Below are positions 28,031 to 38,123 of a stretch of DNA of 55,542 nucleotides, in pieces. The translations under genes were made by a program, and so were the position numbers. Under the pieces are notes generated by a model. The model searched no databases, had not been told where the DNA came from, and saw only the letters and a list, made by a program, of their open reading frames with translations. Source of the DNA: Rhodospirillales bacterium (GTDB lineage Bacteria; Pseudomonadota; Alphaproteobacteria; Rhodospirillales; Casp-alpha2); contig JAJFIJ010000027.1 in NCBI GenBank assembly GCA_021775105.1, positions 1-55,542 of the forward strand, given 5' to 3'. How positions within the stretch are numbered: the stretch's first letter is position 1; each line of letters opens with the position of its first letter.

Positions 28031-31000
28031 ATGTTCGCAAAGGCGTACATTGGTGCGGCTATTCTTCTGGCGTCAGCACTCATCAGTGGGTGTCAGACGT
28101 CAGGTTCGTCTTCAGCCATTTCCAAGGAAGAAGCCCTGAAGATTGCCGTCGAGTTTCAAGCAGCATCACCTGTTGTCGCGGCACGCTCAATTGATGGCTT
28201 CCTGGGGAAATTTGAAATCCTTGCAAAATGGCCCTGTGGAAATTCGGTGCAAGACACGCCCTCCAGTCGCCGTGAGATGTTCAAAAAAATAATCGCTGGT
28301 TTGCCTGAATACAACAATCAGCGCGGCATCACCAAACAGACAGAAGCTCAAGACGGCGCAACAAATGCCTTTCTGCGCGGTAACGTTTCCAACGCCGTTG
28401 AATATACTGATTGGGCAATCACGACCGTCAGGCGCTATAATTTTGGCAGTAATCCATGGACGGGATATCACGCGATACACAGCTATCAGCAGGCCTTTTA
28501 TCTGGCCTATGCTGGCGATCTTGAACGCGCCGAAAGCCTGTATTTTGACGGCACAGCGTACAGTACGGAAAGATGGCAAGACCCTCGAAACGTATACTGG
28601 CTGTACGCTCATCAGTATATGGCGGACGGTGCCATTAAACGCCAGAATGGAAGGTTGGATGCAGCAGAACTTTCCTTCAATACCGCACTCGGATTTCTAG
28701 CCCGAGCCATGCAGGTTTTTGAAGGAGATAATTCCCGATTTGCCGGTTGGTGGACACGGCGCTATCGCGGGAAAATACTTCTGGTTAAATCTGAATTAGG
28801 GTTGACGCTGCTTGCTCAAGGACGCGAAGCGGAAGCGGAAGCCCTGCTTCGTGACACTGTTAATTTCAGCGGCTTGGTGGAGATGGACAGCAAGCTCTAC
28901 ATCGCTTTTTTAATTGGTCGAGTTAGTGAAGTCCTGAGCGCTCAAAACCGCCATCTGGATGCTTTCAAAACTGCATCGCTCGCAAAACGCATTTATTCAA
29001 GCGTATGTGCCGATGGTGGACTTAGCTCCGCTGAAGTTCGCGAAAGACTGGCTCGTGCTCAATTGGCGCTTGGCAACTTTGATGATGCCAAAAATACCTA
29101 TGCTGAAATGGATAAATATTTTGAGGCGGACAAAAGGCTGCTTAATCTGAAATTTGGCGACAGCCTTGCGCGTGCATTCAACGAAATCCTGTCGGGAGAT
29201 TATTCAGAGGCATCGAAACGGCTGGATCTGGCCCTGAACCGGACAATAGAGCGGTTTGGTAAGGGTACCTCACGTCAGGCACTGATCATCGGACTCAGAG
29301 GGTTGATGCAGGCAACAAAAGGAGAGACTGAAGCGGCGCGGCCCCTGTTTGAGCAGGCAATGGTTGAGTTTTATCAAACACAGGGTCAAGCAGATTCGAG
29401 AGATGACTGGCTGAAAAAATATATTACAGACGGTTATCTTGACCTGCTGCAGAAAGGCGGCTCGCCCGACGATCTCTCAAAGGCTTTCGAGATTGCCCAA
29501 ACCCTTGAAAACGGCAAGGTTCAACAAGCGCTTCGCCAAAACGCCGCCCGCGCAGGAGCCAACAACCCCGAACTTGCCGACCTGATCCGTCAGGAACAGG
29601 ATCTGGGACAACAGATCGACGCCCTACGTCGCACCCTGAACTCCGCCCTTTCCAGCGCCGACAGCAAAGCCCAGGCGTCCGCCGAAAAGGTCAAGGCAAG
29701 CTTGCCTGCGCTGTTTCAGGCACGTCAGGAACTGGCCGCTGATATTGCCAACAAATTTCCGGAGTTCGATGAACTGATCAACCCACGCCCGTTGACGGTG
29801 GCCAAGTTGCAATCGCACTTGCCAAGTAATGGCGCTGTAGTAGTTGTCCGAACGACCGACAGCGCAACACAGGTCTGGGCCGTTCCCAAACAGGGAGATT
29901 TGATTTTTAAAACGATCCCCATTGGTCGCATTGAGTTGAATGAAACGGTGAAAGAAATAAGACGCGCTGTCGATCCGGGTGCGATTGCCAGTCTTGGTGA
30001 CATTCCTGCATTCGACACGGCAACGGCCTATGAACTTTACAACGCCCTTCTGGCCCCTGTGTCCAAAGCCTGGAAACAATCACGCTCTCTCTATGTTGTG
30101 ACTCAGGGTCCCCTCGGGCAATTACCCCTGTCCCTGTTGCCAACAACGCCAAACAGTAAAGGTGACGACGGCAATGTGCTGTTTGCCGGATATAGAAATG
30201 TAAACTGGCTGGCCAACTCGCACGCGGTCACTGTACTTCCCAGTGTTGGCGCGGTTGCGACCTTCAGTGGACAGACCTCAACAGCCAAGCGTCGTCCGTT
30301 TGTCGGTTTTGGCGATCCGTTTTTTAGTGGCGGGCAGGCGCTTGCCGCCACCAAGCCCGTCGAAGTTGCGCAAAACACACAAACCCGGTCTGTTACGTTG
30401 CGCTCCAAACCACAAACCCGATCCGTTAACAGCGCCGATCTTGCTATGTTGCCACGACTTCCGGATACCCGGCCTGAACTTCAGGGTATCGCCAGATCAC
30501 TTGGGGCCAATCAGGCAACTGATCTGTATCTCGGGCTCCGCGCCAATGAACAACAGGTCAAGACCATGGACCTACGCCCCTATAAGGTTATTGCCTTTGC
30601 AACGCACGGTCTGGTTCCGGGCGATCTTAACGGGTTACATCAGCCGGCCCTTGCGCTGTCGGCCCCCGGCCCTTCCAAATCCGAAGGGGATGGTTTGCTG
30701 ACTATGGCCGAAATTCTGGGACTGCGCCTCAACGCCGACTGGGCCGTCCTGTCCGCATGTAATACAGCCGCTGCCGATGGAGAAGGCGCTGAAGCCATAT
30801 CCGGGTTGGGCCGGGCATTTTTCTATGCCGGTGCCCGCGCATTGCTGGTCTCAAGCTGGCCGGTACATTCCGGTGCGACGACAGAACTGACCACGACGCT
30901 GTTTGGACTTCAGGCAAAAGACCGCACTCTGGCGAGAGCCGAGGCCCTTCGCCAGGCCCGGCAGCATCTGATCCGGAATGCCGGTTATCAGGCGGACGGA

Positions 31001-31069
31001 AAGATGCTGTTTGCCTACGCCCACCCTATATTCTGGGCACCTTTCACCATTGTCGGCGATGGTCGCTAA
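28031..31069 (+). CDS. Lipoprotein with TPR-like repeats, a coiled coil and a C-terminal CHAT (caspase-like) domain
   Basis: Lipobox 'LLASALISGC'; long helical repeat region. CHAT dyad contexts 'IAFATHGLVPGD' (His) and 'WAVLSACNTAAADG' (Cys), then 'AFFYAGARALLVSSWPV'. Confidence 0.8.
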   Translation: MFAKAYIGAAILLASALISGCQTSGSSSAISKEEALKIAVEFQAASPVVAARSIDGFLGKFEILAKWPCGNSVQDTPSSRREMFKKIIAGLPEYNNQRGITKQTEAQDGATNAFLRGNVSNAVEYTDWAITTVRRYNFGSNPWTGYHAIHSYQQAFYLAYAGDLERAESLYFDGTAYSTERWQDPRNVYWLYAHQYMADGAIKRQNGRLDAAELSFNTALGFLARAMQVFEGDNSRFAGWWTRRYRGKILLVKSELGLTLLAQGREAEAEALLRDTVNFSGLVEMDSKLYIAFLIGRVSEVLSAQNRHLDAFKTASLAKRIYSSVCADGGLSSAEVRERLARAQLALGNFDDAKNTYAEMDKYFEADKRLLNLKFGDSLARAFNEILSGDYSEASKRLDLALNRTIERFGKGTSRQALIIGLRGLMQATKGETEAARPLFEQAMVEFYQTQGQADSRDDWLKKYITDGYLDLLQKGGSPDDLSKAFEIAQTLENGKVQQALRQNAARAGANNPELADLIRQEQDLGQQIDALRRTLNSALSSADSKAQASAEKVKASLPALFQARQELAADIANKFPEFDELINPRPLTVAKLQSHLPSNGAVVVVRTTDSATQVWAVPKQGDLIFKTIPIGRIELNETVKEIRRAVDPGAIASLGDIPAFDTATAYELYNALLAPVSKAWKQSRSLYVVTQGPLGQLPLSLLPTTPNSKGDDGNVLFAGYRNVNWLANSHAVTVLPSVGAVATFSGQTSTAKRRPFVGFGDPFFSGGQALAATKPVEVAQNTQTRSVTLRSKPQTRSVNSADLAMLPRLPDTRPELQGIARSLGANQATDLYLGLRANEQQVKTMDLRPYKVIAFATHGLVPGDLNGLHQPALALSAPGPSKSEGDGLLTMAEILGLRLNADWAVLSACNTAAADGEGAEAISGLGRAFFYAGARALLVSSWPVHSGATTELTTTLFGLQAKDRTLARAEALRQARQHLIRNAGYQADGKMLFAYAHPIFWAPFTIVGDGR

Positions 31070-31106
31070 CCGGCCTCTCGCGGTGTGACGGGACAACGTC
31101 AGGTTA

Positions 31107-34100
31107 CTATTCAGCAGCCACCTTGTTTCCGGCTATCATCTGATGATCAACCAGACCGGCATAAAGTCCGTCGTTCTGGATCAATTCATTATGTGTGCCT
31201 TGCTCGGCAATGCGGCCATTGTCCATGACAATGATCAGGTCGGCATTGCGCACCGTCGACAGGCGGTGGGCAATTATCAACGTTGTCCGGTCTTCCATCA
31301 ACTTTGACAATGCTTCGTGAACGGCACGCTCACTGATTGAATCCAGATGTGATGTGGCTTCGTCCAATATCAGGATTGGCGCATCTTTCAGGAAGGCCCG
31401 GGCAATTGAAACGCGCTGGCGTTGCCCGCCCGACAAGCTGAACCCGCGTTCGCCGACCCGGGTTTGCAGACCATCGGGCAGAGCCTCGACAAACTCTTTC
31501 AGGGACGCCTGTTTGATTACATTTTCGATTTTCGCGTCAGTCGCCTGCGGATCGGCAATTTTCAGATTTGCCAGAAGCGTGTCGTTAAACAGATAGGTGT
31601 CCTGTGCAACAAGGGCCGTAGCATGGCGGATCTGGTCAAGTTTGCACGCTTTGAAGTCGATACCCTGAAGTGACACTTGACCCGATTGCGGGTCCCAGAA
31701 CCGCATCAACAGATGCGCCAATGTGCTTTTACCCGCTCCGGAGGGTCCAACCAGCGCAATGGTTTTGCCCGCTGGCAGCGAAAATGATACGTCGTCGAGA
31801 GCCGGAACAACGGTGCCGGGGTAGCTAAAGGTAACGTTCGAGAACGCCGCCTCCATGCCGCCATGTTCAGGAATTGAGACATCGAGGTCTCCGTCGGTAA
31901 TTGTCACTTCCTCATCATGCACGGCTTTGAGCCGTTGCGTTGCGCCCAGCGTATTGGCGAGCTGGCGCCCGACGTCGGCGATTTCCGATACCGGCAGAAA
32001 AGCGGCCATTGCGACCAGCGCCATCAATGGCATATAAGCGCCCTCGACCGTTCCTGCCTGAACCAGAAAAGTCCCCGTCAGGATGACGGAAAGCGTGCCG
32101 ATACCTGTGACCGCTTCGACAAAAACCTGACGAATATTGTTATCTCTCATGAAAGGCAAGCGAATGTCCTCGCACCAGTCAACCAGTCCAAGGAACGCCT
32201 CACGCCGGTTGCCAGTTGCTTCAAAGCTGAGGACTTCATTTAGGCCCTGAACTGTTTCAATGGTGTGGGCGGACATCAGGCCAAATGCTTCGCGGAGTGC
32301 GGAACCGATACGGTCAATCCGCTGGCGTAAAAAAACCGGCGTCAGGGCAACGATGACAAGTGACGGAACCAGCGCTGCTGCCAATGACCAATGAAACGAA
32401 TACAGCAAAATAAGGACGGTCGCAGGCACCAGAATCGCAACAAAGGCGGGAGCAATGGTATGCGCGAAAAAATATTCGACCATATCGACATCATGCGTCG
32501 CCAGACTGACGATATCTCCGCTGCGCCTGCGCGTCAGAAACGCCGGAGCCAACTGGCTGAGTTTCCTGAACAGTTTGATGCGCATGTCCGCCAACAGATT
32601 AAACGCCATGTCATGGGCAACCCAGGATTCCAGCCAGTGCAGGATTCCGGCGGCGGGCGCAAGCACTGCCAGGGCATACAGATACGTCATGAACTCGAGA
32701 TCATTTTTCACGGCGGCGACGGCAAGCGCCGACAACACACTGACGCCGATGAAGGCGACGACGCGGCTGACACCAAGGCCAAAGGTCAAGACCAGTCGAC
32801 CTTTCCAGGGCATCACATGACGCATCAGTTCGCGAATGGTAGCAAACCAGCCAAGCCCTTCCGCACGCAGCATCGAATCAAGCCGCTCGCTTCCTGCATG
32901 TTCGCGCAAGGGCTCTGACGGACCGACTTCCGGGGCACTGTCGATAATAACCTGCTTTTCCGCCCGGCCTTCCTGTCGTTCCTCGACTTGCCGGGCCATC
33001 AACGCATGATAGGTGCCCTCCGTTGCCATCAATTCCTTATGCGTTCCCTGCGCAGTGATTGACCCGTTGTCGAGAACCAGAATTCGGTCTGCCGCGATGA
33101 CACTTGAAAGACGGTGAGCCAGAATCAATGTGGTTCTTCCGATCATCAACCTGTCCAGTGCTTCCTGAATAATGGCCTCATTTTCTGCATCAACCGATGA
33201 CAAGGCTTCATCAAGGATCAGGATCGGAGAATTCCGAAGCAGCGCACGGGCAATGGCAATACGCTGGCGCTGACCGCCGGAAAGCCTGATCCCGCGCTCA
33301 CCGACAATGGTCCCGTAGCCATCCGGAAGCTTCATGATAAATTCATGGGCGTTGGCCGTAATCGCGGCCTGGCGCATCTGTTCCGGCGAAGCATCCGGGC
33401 GTCCGAGCAACAGGTTTTCAGCCACATTACCGTGGAACAGGTGCGTATCCTGACTGACGATTGCGAGGTGTTTTCGAATAGTGTCGAATGACAGTGATTT
33501 CAGATCCTTACCGCCGATACGGATCGTTCCGCTTTCCGGGTCATAAAACCGTGACAGCAGCCGGACAATTGACGACTTTCCTGATCCACTCGGCCCAACA
33601 ATCGCTATTCTTTCGCCTGCGCCAATGCGAAAAGAAACCTTCTTGTGGATCATCCCTCGACCGCCCGGGTACTGGAACTGAACATCCGCAAATTCAATTG
33701 TTGGCTCAAGCGCACCGCCCATTTCAGCGTCGTCTACGGCATCCTGGATCAGGGGTTGTTCATCAAGGATCGAGAATATCTGTTTTGATGCCGCCAGAGA
33801 CAGCATCCCGTCATGCAATACGGTCCTCAGGTCACGCAGGGGGCGGAAAACCTCAACGCCCAGCATGAGAATAATCAGCAATGTCGCAATATCCATGGAA
33901 CCATCTACGACACGAAATGCACCGACGCCGAGCGCCACGGCGGCACCGACAGCAATACCGGTGTCCGTAATGCCACGGGTCAGGGAGCTTGTCGCCAGCA
34001 CCCATTTTGTCGTATGGGTCAGCTTGTGGGCCTTTTCACCTAAAACGGCAGCATACTCGCGACTGCGTCCGAACGCTTTTAACGTTGCCAGTCCCTGCAA

Positions 34101-34703
34101 GGCATCCAGGAATGCCGCAGAATAATCCCTGAAGGCGACCGAACGGGACAGTGAATTGGCGCTATCCCAATTATGAAATAATGCTGGTGACAATAACGTA
34201 AACATCGCCGCCGCCAGAAGAACCCCGGCAATGGTCAGGTCGAAATAGGCAACAAACAGGAATATTACGGGCGGGGTCATCAGGGCGACGAAAAAACACG
34301 GCAGGTATTTTCCGTAATACACGCCGAGATGTTCAACACCATCAATTGCTGCTGTCGCAATATCGCCGGTATGTGAATTCGCATGCCGGGCTGGTCCCAA
34401 TTTGATCACATGATCAAAGATCATGGCCCTGATTTTGCGTTGTATCTTTACGCTCGTTTCATGCGAATGCATGGCCCGCAGGTAATCCCAGATCGCGCGG
34501 AAAACGATAACAGCAACAGTTACCACCCCCGGAATCAACAGGTCATTCAGGGTGCCACCCGACAGGGCAATTCCCAGCAGCCATCCCAGCAGGACCAGCC
34601 GAACGATTCCGGCAACCGATGAAATCAACCCCATTGCAATTGCCCAGCCAATACGGCCACGATATCCAGAAGTCAACTGCCAGAGCCGGAGATCAAAATG
34701 CAT
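31107..34703 (-). CDS. Fused ABC exporter (TMD-NBD-TMD-NBD in one 1198-aa chain), CydD/CydC-like
   Basis: Two Walker A sites ('GPSGSGKSS', 'GPSGAGKST'), two signatures ('LSGGQRQRIAIARAL', 'LSGGQRQRVSIARAF'), two 6-helix membrane blocks. Confidence 0.88.
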   Translation of the reverse strand: MHFDLRLWQLTSGYRGRIGWAIAMGLISSVAGIVRLVLLGWLLGIALSGGTLNDLLIPGVVTVAVIVFRAIWDYLRAMHSHETSVKIQRKIRAMIFDHVIKLGPARHANSHTGDIATAAIDGVEHLGVYYGKYLPCFFVALMTPPVIFLFVAYFDLTIAGVLLAAAMFTLLSPALFHNWDSANSLSRSVAFRDYSAAFLDALQGLATLKAFGRSREYAAVLGEKAHKLTHTTKWVLATSSLTRGITDTGIAVGAAVALGVGAFRVVDGSMDIATLLIILMLGVEVFRPLRDLRTVLHDGMLSLAASKQIFSILDEQPLIQDAVDDAEMGGALEPTIEFADVQFQYPGGRGMIHKKVSFRIGAGERIAIVGPSGSGKSSIVRLLSRFYDPESGTIRIGGKDLKSLSFDTIRKHLAIVSQDTHLFHGNVAENLLLGRPDASPEQMRQAAITANAHEFIMKLPDGYGTIVGERGIRLSGGQRQRIAIARALLRNSPILILDEALSSVDAENEAIIQEALDRLMIGRTTLILAHRLSSVIAADRILVLDNGSITAQGTHKELMATEGTYHALMARQVEERQEGRAEKQVIIDSAPEVGPSEPLREHAGSERLDSMLRAEGLGWFATIRELMRHVMPWKGRLVLTFGLGVSRVVAFIGVSVLSALAVAAVKNDLEFMTYLYALAVLAPAAGILHWLESWVAHDMAFNLLADMRIKLFRKLSQLAPAFLTRRRSGDIVSLATHDVDMVEYFFAHTIAPAFVAILVPATVLILLYSFHWSLAAALVPSLVIVALTPVFLRQRIDRIGSALREAFGLMSAHTIETVQGLNEVLSFEATGNRREAFLGLVDWCEDIRLPFMRDNNIRQVFVEAVTGIGTLSVILTGTFLVQAGTVEGAYMPLMALVAMAAFLPVSEIADVGRQLANTLGATQRLKAVHDEEVTITDGDLDVSIPEHGGMEAAFSNVTFSYPGTVVPALDDVSFSLPAGKTIALVGPSGAGKSTLAHLLMRFWDPQSGQVSLQGIDFKACKLDQIRHATALVAQDTYLFNDTLLANLKIADPQATDAKIENVIKQASLKEFVEALPDGLQTRVGERGFSLSGGQRQRVSIARAFLKDAPILILDEATSHLDSISERAVHEALSKLMEDRTTLIIAHRLSTVRNADLIIVMDNGRIAEQGTHNELIQNDGLYAGLVDHQMIAGNKVAAE

Positions 34704-34814
34704 TCTGCGTTCCTTGTTTTGAAGTCACAGGATATGTAATCAATCCTGATCGCGTGACAACCAATTGTGAAAGGTTCCCGAATTTAGATTAAATATTTTT
34801 GAGGGTCTCTTGCT

Positions 34815-34841
34815 AAATATGAATACCCTGCATTCATATTT
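34815..34841. promoter_or_regulatory. Candidate LysR-type binding site: perfect 10-bp inverted repeat with a 7-nt spacer
   Basis: AAATATGAAT-accctgc-ATTCATATTT in the divergent ABC/LysR intergenic region, 43 nt upstream of the lysR-family ATG. Confidence 0.5.
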
Positions 34842-34883
34842 GTTTAGGAGAAGGTCTAAAAAAAATGACATACTGGGCGTGCA

Positions 34884-35801
34884 ATGGATTTTGATTGGAA
34901 CGATCTCAGAATTTTTCTTGCCGTGGCCCGGAAAGGTAACCTTTCGGTCGCAGCCAAGGATTTGTCTATCAGTCAACCCACCGTCGGACGCCGCCTGCAA
35001 AAGCTTGAACAATCCCTTTCCGCCAGATTGTTTGAGCGGTTGCCAAACGGGTTCGTCCCGACTGCTGCCGGTGTCGAACTCCTTCCATTGGCGGAGGAAA
35101 TGGAACAAACGGCTAATGCCGTGTCCCGGCGCCAAGCAAGCTTCGCAGATCAGGTCAGCGGCACGGTCAGGATTTCAGCTTATGAAATAATGGCGCAATA
35201 CCTGATCAGCCGCCTGCCACTACTCCGCCAACAGTTGCCAGAAGTTGAACTGGAATTTTCGGTCGCCCATACAGCCGCCAATCTATCCCGGCGCGAAGCT
35301 GACTTGTTAGTCCGCGAATGCATGCCGGATTCTCCCGGCTTGATCACTCGCAAGCTCGGGTCATTTGCATACGCCATTTATGGTTCACACACCTATCTGC
35401 AATCTCACCCGGAAGCCTTCGGGGACGAACGGTATTTGATGTGCGACTGGATTGGCACAGACGATGATCATATCTATTTTGCCGGTCAACGCTGGTTACG
35501 TGACCGACTGGGACAAAGACTACCTGTCGTTCGAAGCAATAACGGTGTGGTGCTGCACGAAAGTGTCAGAACCGGTTCCGGACTGGGCGTTTTGCCATGC
35601 TTTGCCGGTGACACGGACCCGGCCTTGCAACGTGTGACACCGCCAATTGAGGACATCAACAGCACATTTTATTTGCTTGTTCATGATGACTTGAGGCGTT
35701 CGCCAGCCGTCCGCGCTGTTATGGATTCTCTGGTCGAACTGTTTCGCAATGAATCTGCGATCCTGCTTGGACATGGGAAGTTTGATAGGGTGATTGGCTA
35801 A
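34884..35801 (+). CDS. LysR-family transcriptional regulator
   Basis: 'WNDLRIFLAVARKGNLSVAAKDLSISQPTVGRRLQKLEQSL' HTH plus a typical substrate-binding domain length. Confidence 0.9.
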   Translation: MDFDWNDLRIFLAVARKGNLSVAAKDLSISQPTVGRRLQKLEQSLSARLFERLPNGFVPTAAGVELLPLAEEMEQTANAVSRRQASFADQVSGTVRISAYEIMAQYLISRLPLLRQQLPEVELEFSVAHTAANLSRREADLLVRECMPDSPGLITRKLGSFAYAIYGSHTYLQSHPEAFGDERYLMCDWIGTDDDHIYFAGQRWLRDRLGQRLPVVRSNNGVVLHESVRTGSGLGVLPCFAGDTDPALQRVTPPIEDINSTFYLLVHDDLRRSPAVRAVMDSLVELFRNESAILLGHGKFDRVIG

Positions 35802-35982
35802 ATTATCGCCATAGTTCCGTGCACAAACATCATGGCTACGCTATCCACCCACTCAGGCGAACCGCACTTTGGTGTCATAATTTTCTTGTTTTACTTCAAT
35901 GAGCGGACTAGAATCCTGAGTCTATAGCTATGAAGGGCAGGCAAGAATGCCGTAGCCCCCATAAGCGTTGGGACAAGTGACC

Positions 35983-38094
35983 ATGGCAGAACAGCCGTTG
36001 GAAACGGATGACCTTGCGGGCCTTATGCCGCCTGCTGAGATGGAATCCCCGGCCGATACGGAGAGTCAGGAAGAGGAATTCCAGACTCAACGCGTAGCGT
36101 CGCGTGGACCTGTTCTAATTCGTGACCGGTATCTGGTTGATACAGGCAGCCCTATAACAGCGCTCGACTCTCCCTCAGCCAAAGCTTTCAAGGTCGAAGA
36201 TCGTCAGGATCTGGGTCGGAAACTGTTTGCTCTGATCTGTACGTCTGACCTGCCCACCCGCATCGACACCATGCGTTATATGAAGCGGGACCTGCCGCCC
36301 GGTGTTCTGTCCCTTATTGACTGGGATGTCGTGCATTGGCCGCCTTGGGGCCAGAACACAATGGTCGTGGTTTTCGAACAACCCCTTGGTGGTCGGGTGG
36401 AATCCCGCCTGGCCCGCAAAGAAACCAGAATCACGGAATATGATGTACCGCGCCGTCTGGTCGAGCCGCTGATGTCTCCGTTGCAGGCTCTCTCGGATGA
36501 GAATGAGCCGCACAGAGCCATCCGCGCGGACAATCTGTTTTTTCTGGACGAGGAAATGACGGAGATCGTTCTTGGCGAGAATGTGACCTCACCGCCCGGG
36601 TATGACCAGCCCATCATGTACGAACCTCTTGATCGAGCCATGGCGTCACATGAGGGCCGGGGCATCGGCACGGCTGCCGATGATATTTTTGCGCTGGGGG
36701 TGACCATCGGGTTACTTGTTCTGGGTTATAATCCTCTTGCCAAAGTGAAAGATGCGGATCAGATCCGGCTGCGCTGTCAACAGGGGAGTTATGTTACTAT
36801 TTTTGGTGACGCCCGTGTTCCGCTGCCACTGATGGAACCTTTGCGTGGCATGATCAACGACGAGCCGGAAAGTCGATGGAGCTTTACAGATCTGACAAAC
36901 TGGTTGACAGGCCAACAGACGGGGACAATCAAAAAGAAGGGACTGATCAGAGCCGATGTACCGTTTACATTCAGAGGCGCGGATTATATCAGCGCCAAGA
37001 CGCTTGCCCTTCACTTTTGCAATCACGTACCGGAAGCCGCACGGGCTATTAATGACGAATCGTTTTCCGTCTGGCTGAAGCGCGGCCTGGGAGACAAAGG
37101 CAAGGCTGAAGCCGTCAAATCGGTCGTTCAGGGAGCACTGTTTCACAAGGAAGGGTATCAGGGAACCGACGATTATCTGGTTGCCAAAGTCGCAACGATT
37201 CTGGATCCCAGTTCACCGATCCGCTACAAGGGCTTCAGCCTCATGCCGGATGGGTATGGCACCTTCGTCGCCATTCAGGCGGCACGCAATAAAAATACCG
37301 AAATTGCAATTCAACTCCTCACGCATGACATACCCGCGATGTGGTTCAATCTTCAGGAACCTTCATTCCCCGGAACGTCAACGTTGACCCAGACCTTTGC
37401 CAAACTGAAGGGATTCCTGTCGATCAACGAAACGGGTTATGGGATTGAACGCCTTCTTTATGAAATCAGCCCGAGCCTGCCGTGCCAAAGTCCGCTTCTT
37501 GACAAAAGTTGTGTCGTTTCGATTGAGCACCTGTTGCCTGCGCTGGAATTTGTTTCCAATCACACTGATACCCAGCAGTCGCCCACGGATCGCCATATCG
37601 TTGCCTTTATTGCCGCACGGTTTGATCAGGACATACACCCCCATCTGAAAGCCCTGGCATCACCAAAAGAGGAAACATCTGTTGTCGGAATGTTGAGCCT
37701 GCTTGCATTCCTGCAATGGAAACTTCGCCAACCCGCCATGCTTGGCTTGTCCAGTTGGGTCGGAGGCTTGCTCGGGCCGGCGATCAACAGCTATCACAAC
37801 AGAATTACCCGCGCCGATATCGAAAAAGACATTCCTTCTCTGGTTCGCAAGGGCAGCCTGCCCGAGCTGTTCGATCTGGTAGATAATGCCGAACGTCGCC
37901 AGGAAGATCGCGACGGTTACGCTGAAGCGCAAATGGAATGGCTGGCCGCCGACGAAGAAATACGCGACATTGAAGGGTCAGGCGATGAGCGGTTGACCAA
38001 AGCTGAGCGAACGGGCCAGCAGGCGGCGGCGATGATCTCTGTTCTTATGGCTTTCACCACCTTGACCGTACTCTTAATTCTGGAGGCGTGGTAG
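35983..38094 (+). CDS. Tail-anchored protein with an N-terminal protein-kinase-like (apparently pseudokinase) domain and about 400 aa of unknown function
   Basis: 'HRAIRADN' (nt 36511-36534) in place of HRDxKxxN, 'IVLGEN' in place of DFG, 'DDIFALGVTIGLLVLG' subdomain-IX-like, no Gly-rich loop. C-terminal helix 'AAAMISVLMAFTTLTVLLILEAW'. Confidence 0.7.
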   Translation: MAEQPLETDDLAGLMPPAEMESPADTESQEEEFQTQRVASRGPVLIRDRYLVDTGSPITALDSPSAKAFKVEDRQDLGRKLFALICTSDLPTRIDTMRYMKRDLPPGVLSLIDWDVVHWPPWGQNTMVVVFEQPLGGRVESRLARKETRITEYDVPRRLVEPLMSPLQALSDENEPHRAIRADNLFFLDEEMTEIVLGENVTSPPGYDQPIMYEPLDRAMASHEGRGIGTAADDIFALGVTIGLLVLGYNPLAKVKDADQIRLRCQQGSYVTIFGDARVPLPLMEPLRGMINDEPESRWSFTDLTNWLTGQQTGTIKKKGLIRADVPFTFRGADYISAKTLALHFCNHVPEAARAINDESFSVWLKRGLGDKGKAEAVKSVVQGALFHKEGYQGTDDYLVAKVATILDPSSPIRYKGFSLMPDGYGTFVAIQAARNKNTEIAIQLLTHDIPAMWFNLQEPSFPGTSTLTQTFAKLKGFLSINETGYGIERLLYEISPSLPCQSPLLDKSCVVSIEHLLPALEFVSNHTDTQQSPTDRHIVAFIAARFDQDIHPHLKALASPKEETSVVGMLSLLAFLQWKLRQPAMLGLSSWVGGLLGPAINSYHNRITRADIEKDIPSLVRKGSLPELFDLVDNAERRQEDRDGYAEAQMEWLAADEEIRDIEGSGDERLTKAERTGQQAAAMISVLMAFTTLTVLLILEAW

Positions 38095-38123
38095 CATGAT
38101 GCCAGGCATGGAGCAGGTTAATC

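Noticed and set aside
28826-28843. Short tandem repeat GAAGCG GAAGCG GAAGCC
   Set aside because: It lies inside the CHAT-protein gene and simply encodes EAEAEA within a helical repeat. It is not a structural repeat element.
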